A stretch of 64,000 bases of DNA, taken from the NCBI GenBank assembly GCA_022340465.1, contig JAJDNW010000096.1, forward strand, positions 3,280-67,279, given 5' to 3'. This document shows positions 55,533 to 63,838 of this stretch, piece after piece (the stretch's first letter is position 1; each line of letters opens with the position of its first letter). Under the pieces are notes generated by a model. That model did no database searches, was not told where the DNA came from, and saw nothing but the letters and a program-made list of their open reading frames with translations. This stretch comes from Deltaproteobacteria bacterium. Lineage in GTDB: Bacteria; Desulfobacterota; Desulfobacteria; Desulfobacterales; B30-G6. Made by a program: the position numbers and the translations under genes.

Positions 55533-56741
55533 ATGGCCACTGGAATTAAAGATAAAGTAGCAATTATCGGTATGGGATGCACCCGCTTTGGGGAACGCTG
55601 GGATGTCGGATCCGAGGAACTCATGGTGGAGGCCTTTCAGGAGTGCCTGGAGGATGCCGGTATAGAAAAAAACGACATCGAGGCGGCCTGGTTCGGCTGC
55701 TGCCTGGACGAAGTCAACGTGGGCAAAAGCGCCCTGCCCCTTTCACTGACCCTGCGGTTGCCCTTGATTCCCGTCACCCGGGTGGAAAACTTCTGTGCCA
55801 CCGGCACCGAGGCTTTCAGGGGGGCTGTTTACGCGGTCGCATCCGGCGCCTACGATATCTGCCTCGCCCTGGGCGCCGAGAAACTCAAGGACACGGGCTA
55901 CGGGGGGCTGCCCAGCTTTACCGGGTCCAACGCGGGCACATTGACCTGGCAGTGGTTCCCCAACCTGACCGCGCCGGGCTCCTTCGCCCAGCTGGCCAGC
56001 GCCTACGCCGCCAAGTACAGGGTTCCGGATCAGGACCTCAAACGGGCCATGGCCCACGTGTCGGCCAAGAGCCACGCCAACGGCGCCCTCAATCCCAAGG
56101 CCCATTTGAGAAAAAAGGTGACCGAAGATCAGGTAATGGCGGCCCCCATCATCGCCCATCCCCTGGGGCTCTTCGACTGCTGCGGGGTGAGCGACGGTGC
56201 GGCCTGTGCCATCGTGACCACGCCTGAAATAGCCCAAAAGATGGGCAAAAAGGATTTCGTTAGCGTAAAGGCCCTGCAGCTGGCATTGAGCAGCGGCGAA
56301 GAAATGGGGTACAACGAGTGGGACGGCGACCACTTCATGACCACCAGCAAGTGCAGCCGGATGGCTTACAAGGAAGCCGGCATCGACAACCCGCGCGAGG
56401 AGATCAGCATGATGGAGGTTCACGACTGCTTCTCCATCACCGAACTGGTGACCTATGAAGACCTGCACATTTCCGAAAGGGGCCGGGCGGTCAAGGACAT
56501 CATGGACGGGTTTTACGACCGGGACGGCCAGGTTCCCTGCCAGGTGGACGGCGGCCTCAAGTGTTTCGGCCACCCCATCGGGGCATCCGGCCTGCGCATG
56601 CTTTACGAAATGTACCTGCAGCTGCACGGCCGGGCCGGCGACCGACAGATCGACAATCCGACCTACGGCCTGACGCACAACCTGGGCGGATTCCCGGCCA
56701 TGAACGTGTGCAGCATATCCATCATCGGCAAATACAATTGA
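55533..56741 (+). CDS. SCP2-type (SCPx/archaeal-like) thiolase
   Basis: 402 aa. Nucleophile region 'VENFCATGTEAF'. The diagnostic 'EVHDCF' loop of SCP2-thiolases. 'CFGHPIGASGLRM' and 'THNLGG'. Confidence 0.9.
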   Translation: MATGIKDKVAIIGMGCTRFGERWDVGSEELMVEAFQECLEDAGIEKNDIEAAWFGCCLDEVNVGKSALPLSLTLRLPLIPVTRVENFCATGTEAFRGAVYAVASGAYDICLALGAEKLKDTGYGGLPSFTGSNAGTLTWQWFPNLTAPGSFAQLASAYAAKYRVPDQDLKRAMAHVSAKSHANGALNPKAHLRKKVTEDQVMAAPIIAHPLGLFDCCGVSDGAACAIVTTPEIAQKMGKKDFVSVKALQLALSSGEEMGYNEWDGDHFMTTSKCSRMAYKEAGIDNPREEISMMEVHDCFSITELVTYEDLHISERGRAVKDIMDGFYDRDGQVPCQVDGGLKCFGHPIGASGLRMLYEMYLQLHGRAGDRQIDNPTYGLTHNLGGFPAMNVCSISIIGKYN

Positions 56742-56796
56742 TACAAAGACCGGTATCAATTGCATTTGTGAACGCGACTGCGCCGCTAATAAACTA

Positions 56797-56883
56797 GGAT
56801 TCGAGGGTTAAAGGGCTCGAGTGAATTAAATGATTTGCTAATTAAATAGGTTTCACTCGGCCCCTGGATCCCTCGAACCCTTT
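56797..56883. repeat. Imperfect ~29-bp inverted repeat (CTCGAR-CCCT word family) flanking a 26-nt AT-rich loop, between the thiolase and ACAD genes
   Basis: Left arm 'ggattcgagggttaaagggctcgagtgaa'. Right arm 'ttcactcggcccctggatccctcgaaccc', about 24/29 complementary. The loop contains a direct 'aattaaat' x2. Confidence 0.65.
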
Positions 56884-56910
56884 CGAAAAACCAAACACCA
56901 AATAAAAACC

Positions 56911-58053
56911 ATGCAAATACTGAACTTCACGCCTGAACACGACGCCTTCCGGAAACGGCTGCGGGAATTTATCGCCCAAGAAATCACGCCCAACGTCGAG
57001 CAGTGGGAAAAGGACGGAATCGAGCCCAAGGAGATCTGGCGCAAGATGGGCCGGGGGGGATTTCTCTGCACGGACGTAAAAGAGGCCTACGGGGGCATTG
57101 GCGGGGACTTTCTCTACTCCGTCATCGTCACCGAAGAGATCTCCTACACCTTCCACACGGGTCTGGCCGCGGCGCTTCACTCGGATGTCGTGGTGCCCTA
57201 CATCAGCTCTTTCGGTACGGAAGCGCAGAAACAACAATACCTGCCGGGATGCGTGAGTGGAGATATTGTCACTGCGATCGCCATGACCGAACCCGGGGCC
57301 GGCAGCGATCTGGCCGGCCTGGCCACCACCGCCGAAGAGGAGGGCGGCGAGGTCGTCATCAACGGTTCCAAAACCTTTATTTCCAACGGTATCAATGCCG
57401 ACCTCGTGATTGTGGCCGCCAGGGATCCGGCCGTGGAAAACCCCTACCAGGCGCTGTCGCTTTACATCGTCGAAAACGGTACGCCCGGCTTCGAACGCGG
57501 CCGGCATCTGGACAAAATGGGCTGGCGCAGCCAGGACACGGCGGAGCTGTTTTTTTCCAAGTGCAGAATCCCCGTGACAAACCGCCTCGGTGAAAAAGGG
57601 CAGGGTTTCCTCATGCTCATGCAGAAACTCCAGCAGGAAAGGCTGGTGACCGCCGTGGGGGCTGTCACGGCGGCCGAACGCATCGTGGAGTGGATCACCC
57701 GCTTCTGCAAGGAGACCCAGGTGTCCGGTAAACCGATCTCCAAGTCGCAGGCCGCCCAGTTCGCGCTGGTCGAAATGGCTGCCGATGTCAAACTGGGCAG
57801 AACTTTTATGGAGAAGCTGGTGGCCGACCACATGGAAGGAAGCGACATCATCATCGAGACCTCCATGGCTAAATTCTGGACGACGGAGATGGTCAGAAGG
57901 GTCGCCGACCGCGCCATGGACCTGCTGGGCAACGAGGCCACCGTGGAAAAGTACCCCGTGACCCGCGCCTGGCGCGATGTCCGCGTAATGTCTATCTTTG
58001 CCGGAACCAACGAGGTGATGCGGGGGATCGCCGCCAAGTTCATGGGACTCTGA
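56911..58053 (+). CDS. Acyl-CoA dehydrogenase, IVD/LCAD-type placement of the catalytic base
   Basis: 380 aa with a typical ACAD fold ('AMTEPGAGSDLAG', 'INGSKTFISNG'). The C-terminus reads 'IFAGTNEV' (Ala where MCAD-type enzymes have Glu), while 'KLQQERLV' supplies a Glu at the isovaleryl-CoA-dehydrogenase position. Confidence 0.9.
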   Translation: MQILNFTPEHDAFRKRLREFIAQEITPNVEQWEKDGIEPKEIWRKMGRGGFLCTDVKEAYGGIGGDFLYSVIVTEEISYTFHTGLAAALHSDVVVPYISSFGTEAQKQQYLPGCVSGDIVTAIAMTEPGAGSDLAGLATTAEEEGGEVVINGSKTFISNGINADLVIVAARDPAVENPYQALSLYIVENGTPGFERGRHLDKMGWRSQDTAELFFSKCRIPVTNRLGEKGQGFLMLMQKLQQERLVTAVGAVTAAERIVEWITRFCKETQVSGKPISKSQAAQFALVEMAADVKLGRTFMEKLVADHMEGSDIIIETSMAKFWTTEMVRRVADRAMDLLGNEATVEKYPVTRAWRDVRVMSIFAGTNEVMRGIAAKFMGL

Positions 58054-58061
58054 ATGCCCGG

Positions 58062-58172
58062 CGTTTTACGTTTTACGTGTTAGGTTTTAGATGGCAGCGT
58101 GGCTTATGTCACTCGACAAAAAAATCATTCCACCAACAATTCCCCGAAACGTAAAACATAAAACCTAAAACG
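58062..58172. repeat. Long imperfect inverted repeat whose arms are tandem heptamers (CGTTTTA x4 / TAAAACN x4) around a ~54-nt loop
   Basis: 'cgttttacgttttacgtgttaggttttag' ... 'cgaaacgtaaaacataaaacctaaaacg', starting 9 nt after the ACAD stop. Confidence 0.65.
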
Positions 58173-58251
58173 GCTTGTCATTGATATGGTAAATCAATCA
58201 TTAAAACATAACTGAACCCTGCCATATTTTTAAACAAAGAGGAAGGAATCA

Positions 58252-59748
58252 ATGGACTACGACGTCATTGTCATCGGAGCGGGAAACGGGGGCCTGACCG
58301 CGTCAGCAACCCTGGCTCGCAAGGGGCGGAAGGTGCTGCTGCTGGAACGGCACAACATCCCCGGAGGATGCGCCACCAGCTTCTGCCGGGGGCGTTTCGA
58401 ATTCGAGATCGCCCTGCACCAGCTCAGCGGATTGGGGACTCCTGAAAAGCCCGGCCCGCTGCGCATGACCCTGGACGGTCTCGGCATTATGGATGACCTC
58501 ACGTTCGTCGAAATCTCGGATCTGTACAGTGTCTGCATGCCGGACGGTTTTCATGCCGCTCTCAAGCCCGACAAAGGCCAGGTCGTAAGCGAACTCAAGG
58601 CGAAATTCCCCCACGAAAAAGAAGGCATCGACGGTTTTTTCGATCTCGTGTACAAGTACGCCGGCGATATGATCGGGGCCTTCATTTTTCGCGACCCGGA
58701 GCCTTCCCGGGAAAAATACCCCCACCTGTACCGCTATGCCTTAAAAAATGCCAAGGCGGTCATCGACGACTTTTTCAAGGATCCGCTCCTGAAGGCCGTC
58801 ATATCGGTATACTGGGGATATCTGGGTCTTTCCACCGACCAGCTTTCTTTTGCCTACCTGGCCATGGTCCTTTTCCAGTACATCGAGTTCAAGCCCTTTC
58901 ACGTCAAGGGCGGCTCCCAGGCGTTGTCCAATGCCATTCTGAATGTGTTCCTGAAAGCCGGCGGGGATGTCCGCTTCAACTGCGGGGCGAAGCGCATTCT
59001 CACCGAAAACAACCGGATAATAGGCGTCGCCACCGACGACGGCGATACCGTGGAAGCGCCGTATGTGGTCTCGAACATCTCCCCGGTGGTCACCTACTCC
59101 GAGCTGATCGGCAAAGACCTGATCCCAGCCAAGACCCTGCAAAAGATGCACAGCAGAAGCTTGAGCAACTCGGCCTTTACCATGTTCATCGGATTCGACT
59201 GCGAGCCCGACGTGCTGAACATCGAGGAGTCCACCAATTTCCTGATGGCCTCCACGGATATCTCACGATCGCTCCATGACCGCATGCAGAGCGTCGACAT
59301 CACGGACGAATTGCTGGTACTGAGCTGCTACGATATTTCCGACCCCACTTTTTCCCCGCCGGGAACCTGCCAGGCCAACCTCGTGACGCTAAAATACGGC
59401 GAACCCTGGCTGAACATTCCCCCGGGCCGATACCATGACGTAAAGTTCCGCTGCGCAGAATCGATGCTGAAACGGGCCGAGGCAATCTTTCCCGGCCTGC
59501 GGCCCCACATCGAAGAGATCGATGTGGGCACGCCGCTCACCCACATGCGCTACCTCGGTCACCCGGCGGGCGCGGTATACGGTTTCGAGCACCGCACCAA
59601 AGACTCCATGTTTTTTCAGCCCGGCCGCAACTCACCGGTTGAGGGTCTCTCCTTTGCCGGCAGCTGGGTCGGCGACGGGGGCTTCGAGCCTACTTTGCGC
59701 TCCGGAGTGGCCGCCGCCAAATCTATTTTACGCAAAAGCGGCGGTTGA
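58252..59748 (+). CDS. CrtI/RetSat-family FAD-dependent oxidoreductase (phytoene-desaturase-like; possible C=C saturase or desaturase)
   Basis: 498 aa. 'YDVIVIGAGNGGLTASATLARKGRKVLLLERHNIPGGCATSF' is a dinucleotide fold of the COG1233 type. C-terminal 'FAGSWVGDGGF'. Confidence 0.8.
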   Translation: MDYDVIVIGAGNGGLTASATLARKGRKVLLLERHNIPGGCATSFCRGRFEFEIALHQLSGLGTPEKPGPLRMTLDGLGIMDDLTFVEISDLYSVCMPDGFHAALKPDKGQVVSELKAKFPHEKEGIDGFFDLVYKYAGDMIGAFIFRDPEPSREKYPHLYRYALKNAKAVIDDFFKDPLLKAVISVYWGYLGLSTDQLSFAYLAMVLFQYIEFKPFHVKGGSQALSNAILNVFLKAGGDVRFNCGAKRILTENNRIIGVATDDGDTVEAPYVVSNISPVVTYSELIGKDLIPAKTLQKMHSRSLSNSAFTMFIGFDCEPDVLNIEESTNFLMASTDISRSLHDRMQSVDITDELLVLSCYDISDPTFSPPGTCQANLVTLKYGEPWLNIPPGRYHDVKFRCAESMLKRAEAIFPGLRPHIEEIDVGTPLTHMRYLGHPAGAVYGFEHRTKDSMFFQPGRNSPVEGLSFAGSWVGDGGFEPTLRSGVAAAKSILRKSGG

Positions 59749-59813
59749 CAATTCTTGGCGCAACACGTTTGACAACCGGCATTTTAAAGAAGCAAACAAA
59801 ATGAACCATGAAA

Positions 59814-59865
59814 ACACGAAAACCGAAAATCACGAAACCGGCGACATTTTTCGTGCTTTCGTGAT
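59814..59865. repeat. Imperfect inverted repeat with tandem CACGAAA / TTTCGTG units, between the RetSat-like and reductase genes
   Basis: 'acacgaaaaccgaaaatcacgaaa' ccggcgaca 'tttttcgtgctttcgtgat'. Confidence 0.6.
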
Positions 59866-59940
59866 GGCATGATCTTCTTCTCCAGGTTGTTCAGGATGGA
59901 TGGAAGGTCTGTCGGCCGTTTTTTTTAATATCGGGAGGGC

Positions 59941-61101
59941 ATGATGAGAAAAGGCATCTGGCAGGAATTCGACGGGTACGAGGAAATTGCCGGGGAGATC
60001 GAAAACAGCCTCTGGGCCGCCGGGGAGCGCTCTTTTGACAAGGTGCTGGCCGCCCGTTATATCCAGCGGCTCCACCCGCGGCAATTGAAACTCAGGGTAG
60101 TGGATGTCATCCAAGAAACGCCCTCGACCAGGACCCTGCGTCTTACCCCGGTCGATGCGGCCCTGCCGCCGTTTCTTGCCGGCCAGTACATCCCGCTGTA
60201 CCTCACCATCGGCGGCATCCGCACCAGCCGGCCCTACAGCATCTCGTCCCAGCCAAGGCAGACCGGGTTTTACGACATCACGGTGCGTCGCGTCCCCGAT
60301 GGACTGGCATCGAACTATCTCATGGATGACGTCAAGATCGGCAATCTGCTCGAAAGCGCCGGCCCCCAGGGCAATTTTTACTTCAACCCCCTCTTCCATG
60401 ACGACCACATGGTGTGTATCGCCGGCGGCAGCGGTATTACGCCCTTCATGAGCATGATCCGTGAAATCGTGGAGTGCGGGCTGGACAGGACCGTTACCCT
60501 CCTCTACGGCAACCGGCAATTGGACGACGTCATCTTTCACGACGAGCTAGAACGCATCGCCGCGCGGTTCGACAACATCACCTACATACCGGTGATCGAA
60601 AAACCGGCCGAGGGCTACCGGGGTGCCTGCGGATATATCAACGCCGCGCTGCTCAAAGAAATGCTTGGCGACCTGCAGGGTAAAACATTCTTTCTCTGCG
60701 GGCCGCAGGGCCTGTACGACTTCTGCCTGCCTGAGCTCGAAAGCCTGGGGATTGAAAGGCGCAAGATCAGAAAGGAGATGTACGGACCGCCCGGCGACAT
60801 ATGTTCATATCCGGGGTGGCCGGAAGAGATCGCTGCCGAAGACCGCTTTACGGTGACGCTCAAGGACGGTCGGACCGTCAGCGCCAGGGCGGGCGTCCCC
60901 CTGCTCGTCTCCCTGGAGAAGAAAGGCATCGTGCCGTCTTCCATCTGCCGGTCCGGTGAATGCAGCATGTGCCGGGTCAAGGTTCTTTCCGGCAAGGTGT
61001 TCCAGCCCGCCGGTACCCCGGTGCGCAGGTCGGACACCCGGTACGGGTACGTGCATTCGTGCGTTTCGTATCCGCTCGAAGATTTGGAGATAATGATCTG
61101 A
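59941..61101 (+). CDS. Ferredoxin-NAD(P)+ reductase-like flavoprotein with a C-terminal plant-type 2Fe-2S ferredoxin domain
   Basis: 386 aa. FAD motif 'RPYSISS'. NAD motif 'IAGGSGITPF'. 2Fe-2S motif 'CRSGECSMCRVKV...HSC'. GGGAGGG ribosome-binding site upstream. Confidence 0.85.
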   Translation: MMRKGIWQEFDGYEEIAGEIENSLWAAGERSFDKVLAARYIQRLHPRQLKLRVVDVIQETPSTRTLRLTPVDAALPPFLAGQYIPLYLTIGGIRTSRPYSISSQPRQTGFYDITVRRVPDGLASNYLMDDVKIGNLLESAGPQGNFYFNPLFHDDHMVCIAGGSGITPFMSMIREIVECGLDRTVTLLYGNRQLDDVIFHDELERIAARFDNITYIPVIEKPAEGYRGACGYINAALLKEMLGDLQGKTFFLCGPQGLYDFCLPELESLGIERRKIRKEMYGPPGDICSYPGWPEEIAAEDRFTVTLKDGRTVSARAGVPLLVSLEKKGIVPSSICRSGECSMCRVKVLSGKVFQPAGTPVRRSDTRYGYVHSCVSYPLEDLEIMI

Positions 61102-61102
61102 A

Positions 61103-61462
61103 TCAAGAAGTATTATTGGAATGCTCCCTGATGATCTTTGGCAATTCAATCGTTTTGGTCTTATCTATTACTGTCGGTTCCGGATTATACAAGCGCAACG
61201 TAATTTTCAAAGGCCCTTTTCCCCTGTCAAGGGGAAGCCAATTTCCATTCTGCTTTTCATTGGATATCCGTATGACCCAACTGCCGTCTTTTTCATAGGC
61301 AATATTTGTTTCTGAAAACGAATAACGCTTCAGAGGGTTTGCTATCCAATAATTACCCGGGTATATGGTTATGTTCCACCACCTTGTGTTAAGATCCCCT
61401 TTCCCGGTAATTTTATAGGTGCAGTTGTCTTCGAGGATCTTTCCTTCTGAATCTTCAGGCAA
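61103..61462 (-). CDS. DUF1214-domain fragment protein (short; possibly a remnant)
   Basis: 119 aa. 'WWNITIYPGNYWIANPLKRYSFSETNIAYEKDGSWVIRIS...NWLPLDRGKGPLKITLRLYNPE' matches the DUF1214 C-terminal pattern. Low GC. Overlaps the upstream gene by 8 bp. Confidence 0.55.
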   Translation of the reverse strand: MPEDSEGKILEDNCTYKITGKGDLNTRWWNITIYPGNYWIANPLKRYSFSETNIAYEKDGSWVIRISNEKQNGNWLPLDRGKGPLKITLRLYNPEPTVIDKTKTIELPKIIREHSNNTS

Positions 61463-62543
61463 CGATCAATTTTCTATCCGGCAATAATTCCCGCAATACA
61501 AATTGCCGGTGGATGGACGCGGCCTGATAGAAACGGTAGAGATGCGATCTTAAGGCCGCCTTTGAATTTTCGGTACTGTTCATATCCGCGGACTGTTTCA
61601 TCCATAATTCGGGCTTGTACAACGGTATATCGAAGGCATTTTTTCCGATTTTACCCTGCTTTGCTTCTTTCCGCCACCTGGCGATCCGGTCTTCCTTTTT
61701 TGCCTGGTACGTGAGAATGGCGGTGATCTGCTTTTCAATGCTGGAAAACGAAACGCCGCTTCCATCGGAAAGCTTGGTATTGTTCTCTGCAAATTGGGCA
61801 AACATGGCGTGCAGCGCACGGCACCCGTTGAGAAAGTGCGCTGGATTGTCCCGCTCGATACGCAATTTTTTGGGATATTCGTATTTGAAGCTCCATTTTA
61901 AATAGGGCCGGTCAGGGTACGTGGCCACCGCCCCGTGTCCCAGGGCGCCCGAAACGGTTTCCGCAAGCCAGGATTTGATGTTGGCAATAAAACCGCCCCC
62001 TTTCCCGTACCGACGGAAAAAATCCTTTTCCTTTCCTTTAATGTAGTCGGCAATGTCCGGATCCAGCCCTTTATCGAATTTGAAACTGTCATTATCCACC
62101 TTGTTGCGGCGGGAACCGACACCGGAAAACCCGAAATGCGAAAATGTATCTGCGTATACATGCGCTGCGATACCGATCAAGTAGATGCCCACACCCTGTT
62201 TTGCATAGCCGAGATGATGCTGCACCATCTCTTTTGCAACCCTGCTGTCTGCCCGGCACAACAGCCGTTCTGAAAAGGCGCTGCCTTCATTTCCGGGAAG
62301 AAAGTGAAACGGCACCCAGACCTGACGCTGGTCTTCAGGATCCCGATTTGCGATGAGATCGGATACGTGGTGAGCGGTCGCCTGGGAATCGACTCTGCCG
62401 CCATCCTGAAACTCGATGTGAGTTCCAGCGGCATTGTCGTCCACATATTGTGAAGCGAGGGCGATGGTTTTACATACTGCCGGTTTCAGCCCTGCCGTTC
62501 TGGCCAACGCATACGTTCCATAATAATGCATATCGATTTGCAT
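61455..62543 (-). CDS. Hypothetical His-rich protein (possible metal-dependent hydrolase fold)
   Basis: The ATG at 62543 is preceded by AAGGAGGG. The N-terminus 'MQIDMHYYGTYALARTAG', together with 'HHVSD', 'VPFHFLP' and 'AAHVYADTFSHFGFSG', suggests His/Asp metal ligands. No family is assigned. Confidence 0.6.
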   Translation of the reverse strand: MQIDMHYYGTYALARTAGLKPAVCKTIALASQYVDDNAAGTHIEFQDGGRVDSQATAHHVSDLIANRDPEDQRQVWVPFHFLPGNEGSAFSERLLCRADSRVAKEMVQHHLGYAKQGVGIYLIGIAAHVYADTFSHFGFSGVGSRRNKVDNDSFKFDKGLDPDIADYIKGKEKDFFRRYGKGGGFIANIKSWLAETVSGALGHGAVATYPDRPYLKWSFKYEYPKKLRIERDNPAHFLNGCRALHAMFAQFAENNTKLSDGSGVSFSSIEKQITAILTYQAKKEDRIARWRKEAKQGKIGKNAFDIPLYKPELWMKQSADMNSTENSKAALRSHLYRFYQAASIHRQFVLRELLPDRKLIVA

Positions 62544-62612
62544 GGTACCCTCCTTTGGAGGTTTCCTCTTTATTATGGGTATAATTGGAATATGAACGAG
62601 CAAGAGTTGGGT

Positions 62613-63806
62613 TTATATTTTCATGATTACCCTTGCATAAAATGTACAAGCGTCAAGAATTTGACGTACATCACAACTTTCATTTCGCATGTGAGCAAGT
62701 TTGTATTCTCCAGGTCCGAAACCGATTGTAGGAATACCCATGCTTACAGGCGTCACGGCATTCGTGCTGAAATCCCAAAAATCATACTCGGCGGGTTCTT
62801 GCCCGAAATTTTCCCGATATGCGGCAGTGCATGCCTGTGAAAGTTCGTGGTTCACGTCTATCTTCCACGACGGATGAAACGGTTCGTACGTGATGTCCAG
62901 TCCGGTCCAGCTTCTTCGATGGAGCGTTCCCACCTCCCATGTCGCATTTTTACCTTGAATAATCCGTTCCATTTCCTGCCTGATCTCTTCTTTCGTTTCT
63001 CCGGGAATCATTCTTCTGTCCAAATAAACTTCGCACGCCGAAGGGACGGCATTTAAGGAGGCGCTGACACTGGAAATGTTCGACATCACCAGGGTGCCCC
63101 GTAATTCCCCTTTTTTCATGAGCTCGAGATTGGTTCTATCGACCCGGTGGATGATGTCGGCCATTTCGTAAATGGCATTGACACCTTTTTCGGGAGCTGA
63201 ACCATGCGCAGAGACGCCGTGCGTCTTGATAGATATCTGGGCCTTGCCCTTATGCCCTAGTGCAATGACATTGTTGGAAGGTTCGCAAATCACGACATAA
63301 TCGGGTTTGAGGCCGAGTTCGTTGAATAGGTGTTTTAAGTTTTCCCCATCGCAGTCTTCTTCAAAAACACTGCAGGAAACATAAATTGTTTTGCCAGCCG
63401 TAAAACCAAGTTGCCTGGCCAAGGCGCCGGCATAGATGGAAGCGGCTGCTCCCGATTTCATATCGACCGAGCCTCTGCCGTGCAAGCGTCCATCCACAAT
63501 ATCCCCGCTAAATGGCGGGATGTCCCACTTTTCTTCGTCCTTAACGTCGACCGTGTCGACATGCGAATCAAACAGAATGGCTTTTTCGCCGTTGCCGATT
63601 CTGCCGACGATATTCCCCATCGAATCAATCGTGACTTCATCATAGCCGAGATCCAACATTTTCTGTTCGATACATGTGATCACTTCACCTTCCTGCCCTG
63701 AAAGGCTTTTGATCCTGACAAGGTTTTGAGTGAATTCAATAAGTTCGTTTTGTAATTCCGGAGCAAGCAAATCGGATGAATTCATTATTTCCTCTTTTAA
63801 GAACAA
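62613..63806 (-). CDS. M20-family metallohydrolase (ArgE/DapE/YgeY-like)
   Basis: 397 aa. 'FDSHVDTV' (HxD), 'GRGSVDMKSG' (bridging Asp), 'FEEDCDG' (catalytic/metal Glu) and 'HGSAPEKGVNAI'. An alternative start is the ATG at 63785. Confidence 0.85.
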   Translation of the reverse strand: MFLKEEIMNSSDLLAPELQNELIEFTQNLVRIKSLSGQEGEVITCIEQKMLDLGYDEVTIDSMGNIVGRIGNGEKAILFDSHVDTVDVKDEEKWDIPPFSGDIVDGRLHGRGSVDMKSGAAASIYAGALARQLGFTAGKTIYVSCSVFEEDCDGENLKHLFNELGLKPDYVVICEPSNNVIALGHKGKAQISIKTHGVSAHGSAPEKGVNAIYEMADIIHRVDRTNLELMKKGELRGTLVMSNISSVSASLNAVPSACEVYLDRRMIPGETKEEIRQEMERIIQGKNATWEVGTLHRRSWTGLDITYEPFHPSWKIDVNHELSQACTAAYRENFGQEPAEYDFWDFSTNAVTPVSMGIPTIGFGPGEYKLAHMRNESCDVRQILDACTFYARVIMKI

Positions 63807-63838
63807 TCAACAGACAAAGGACGGGATGTCGATTTCAG

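Noticed and set aside
55743-57831. Minus-strand ORFs 55743-56765 and 56842-57831, opposite the thiolase and ACAD genes
   Set aside because: They are antisense to genes with diagnostic motifs (HDCF, ACAD signatures), and their composition is atypical.
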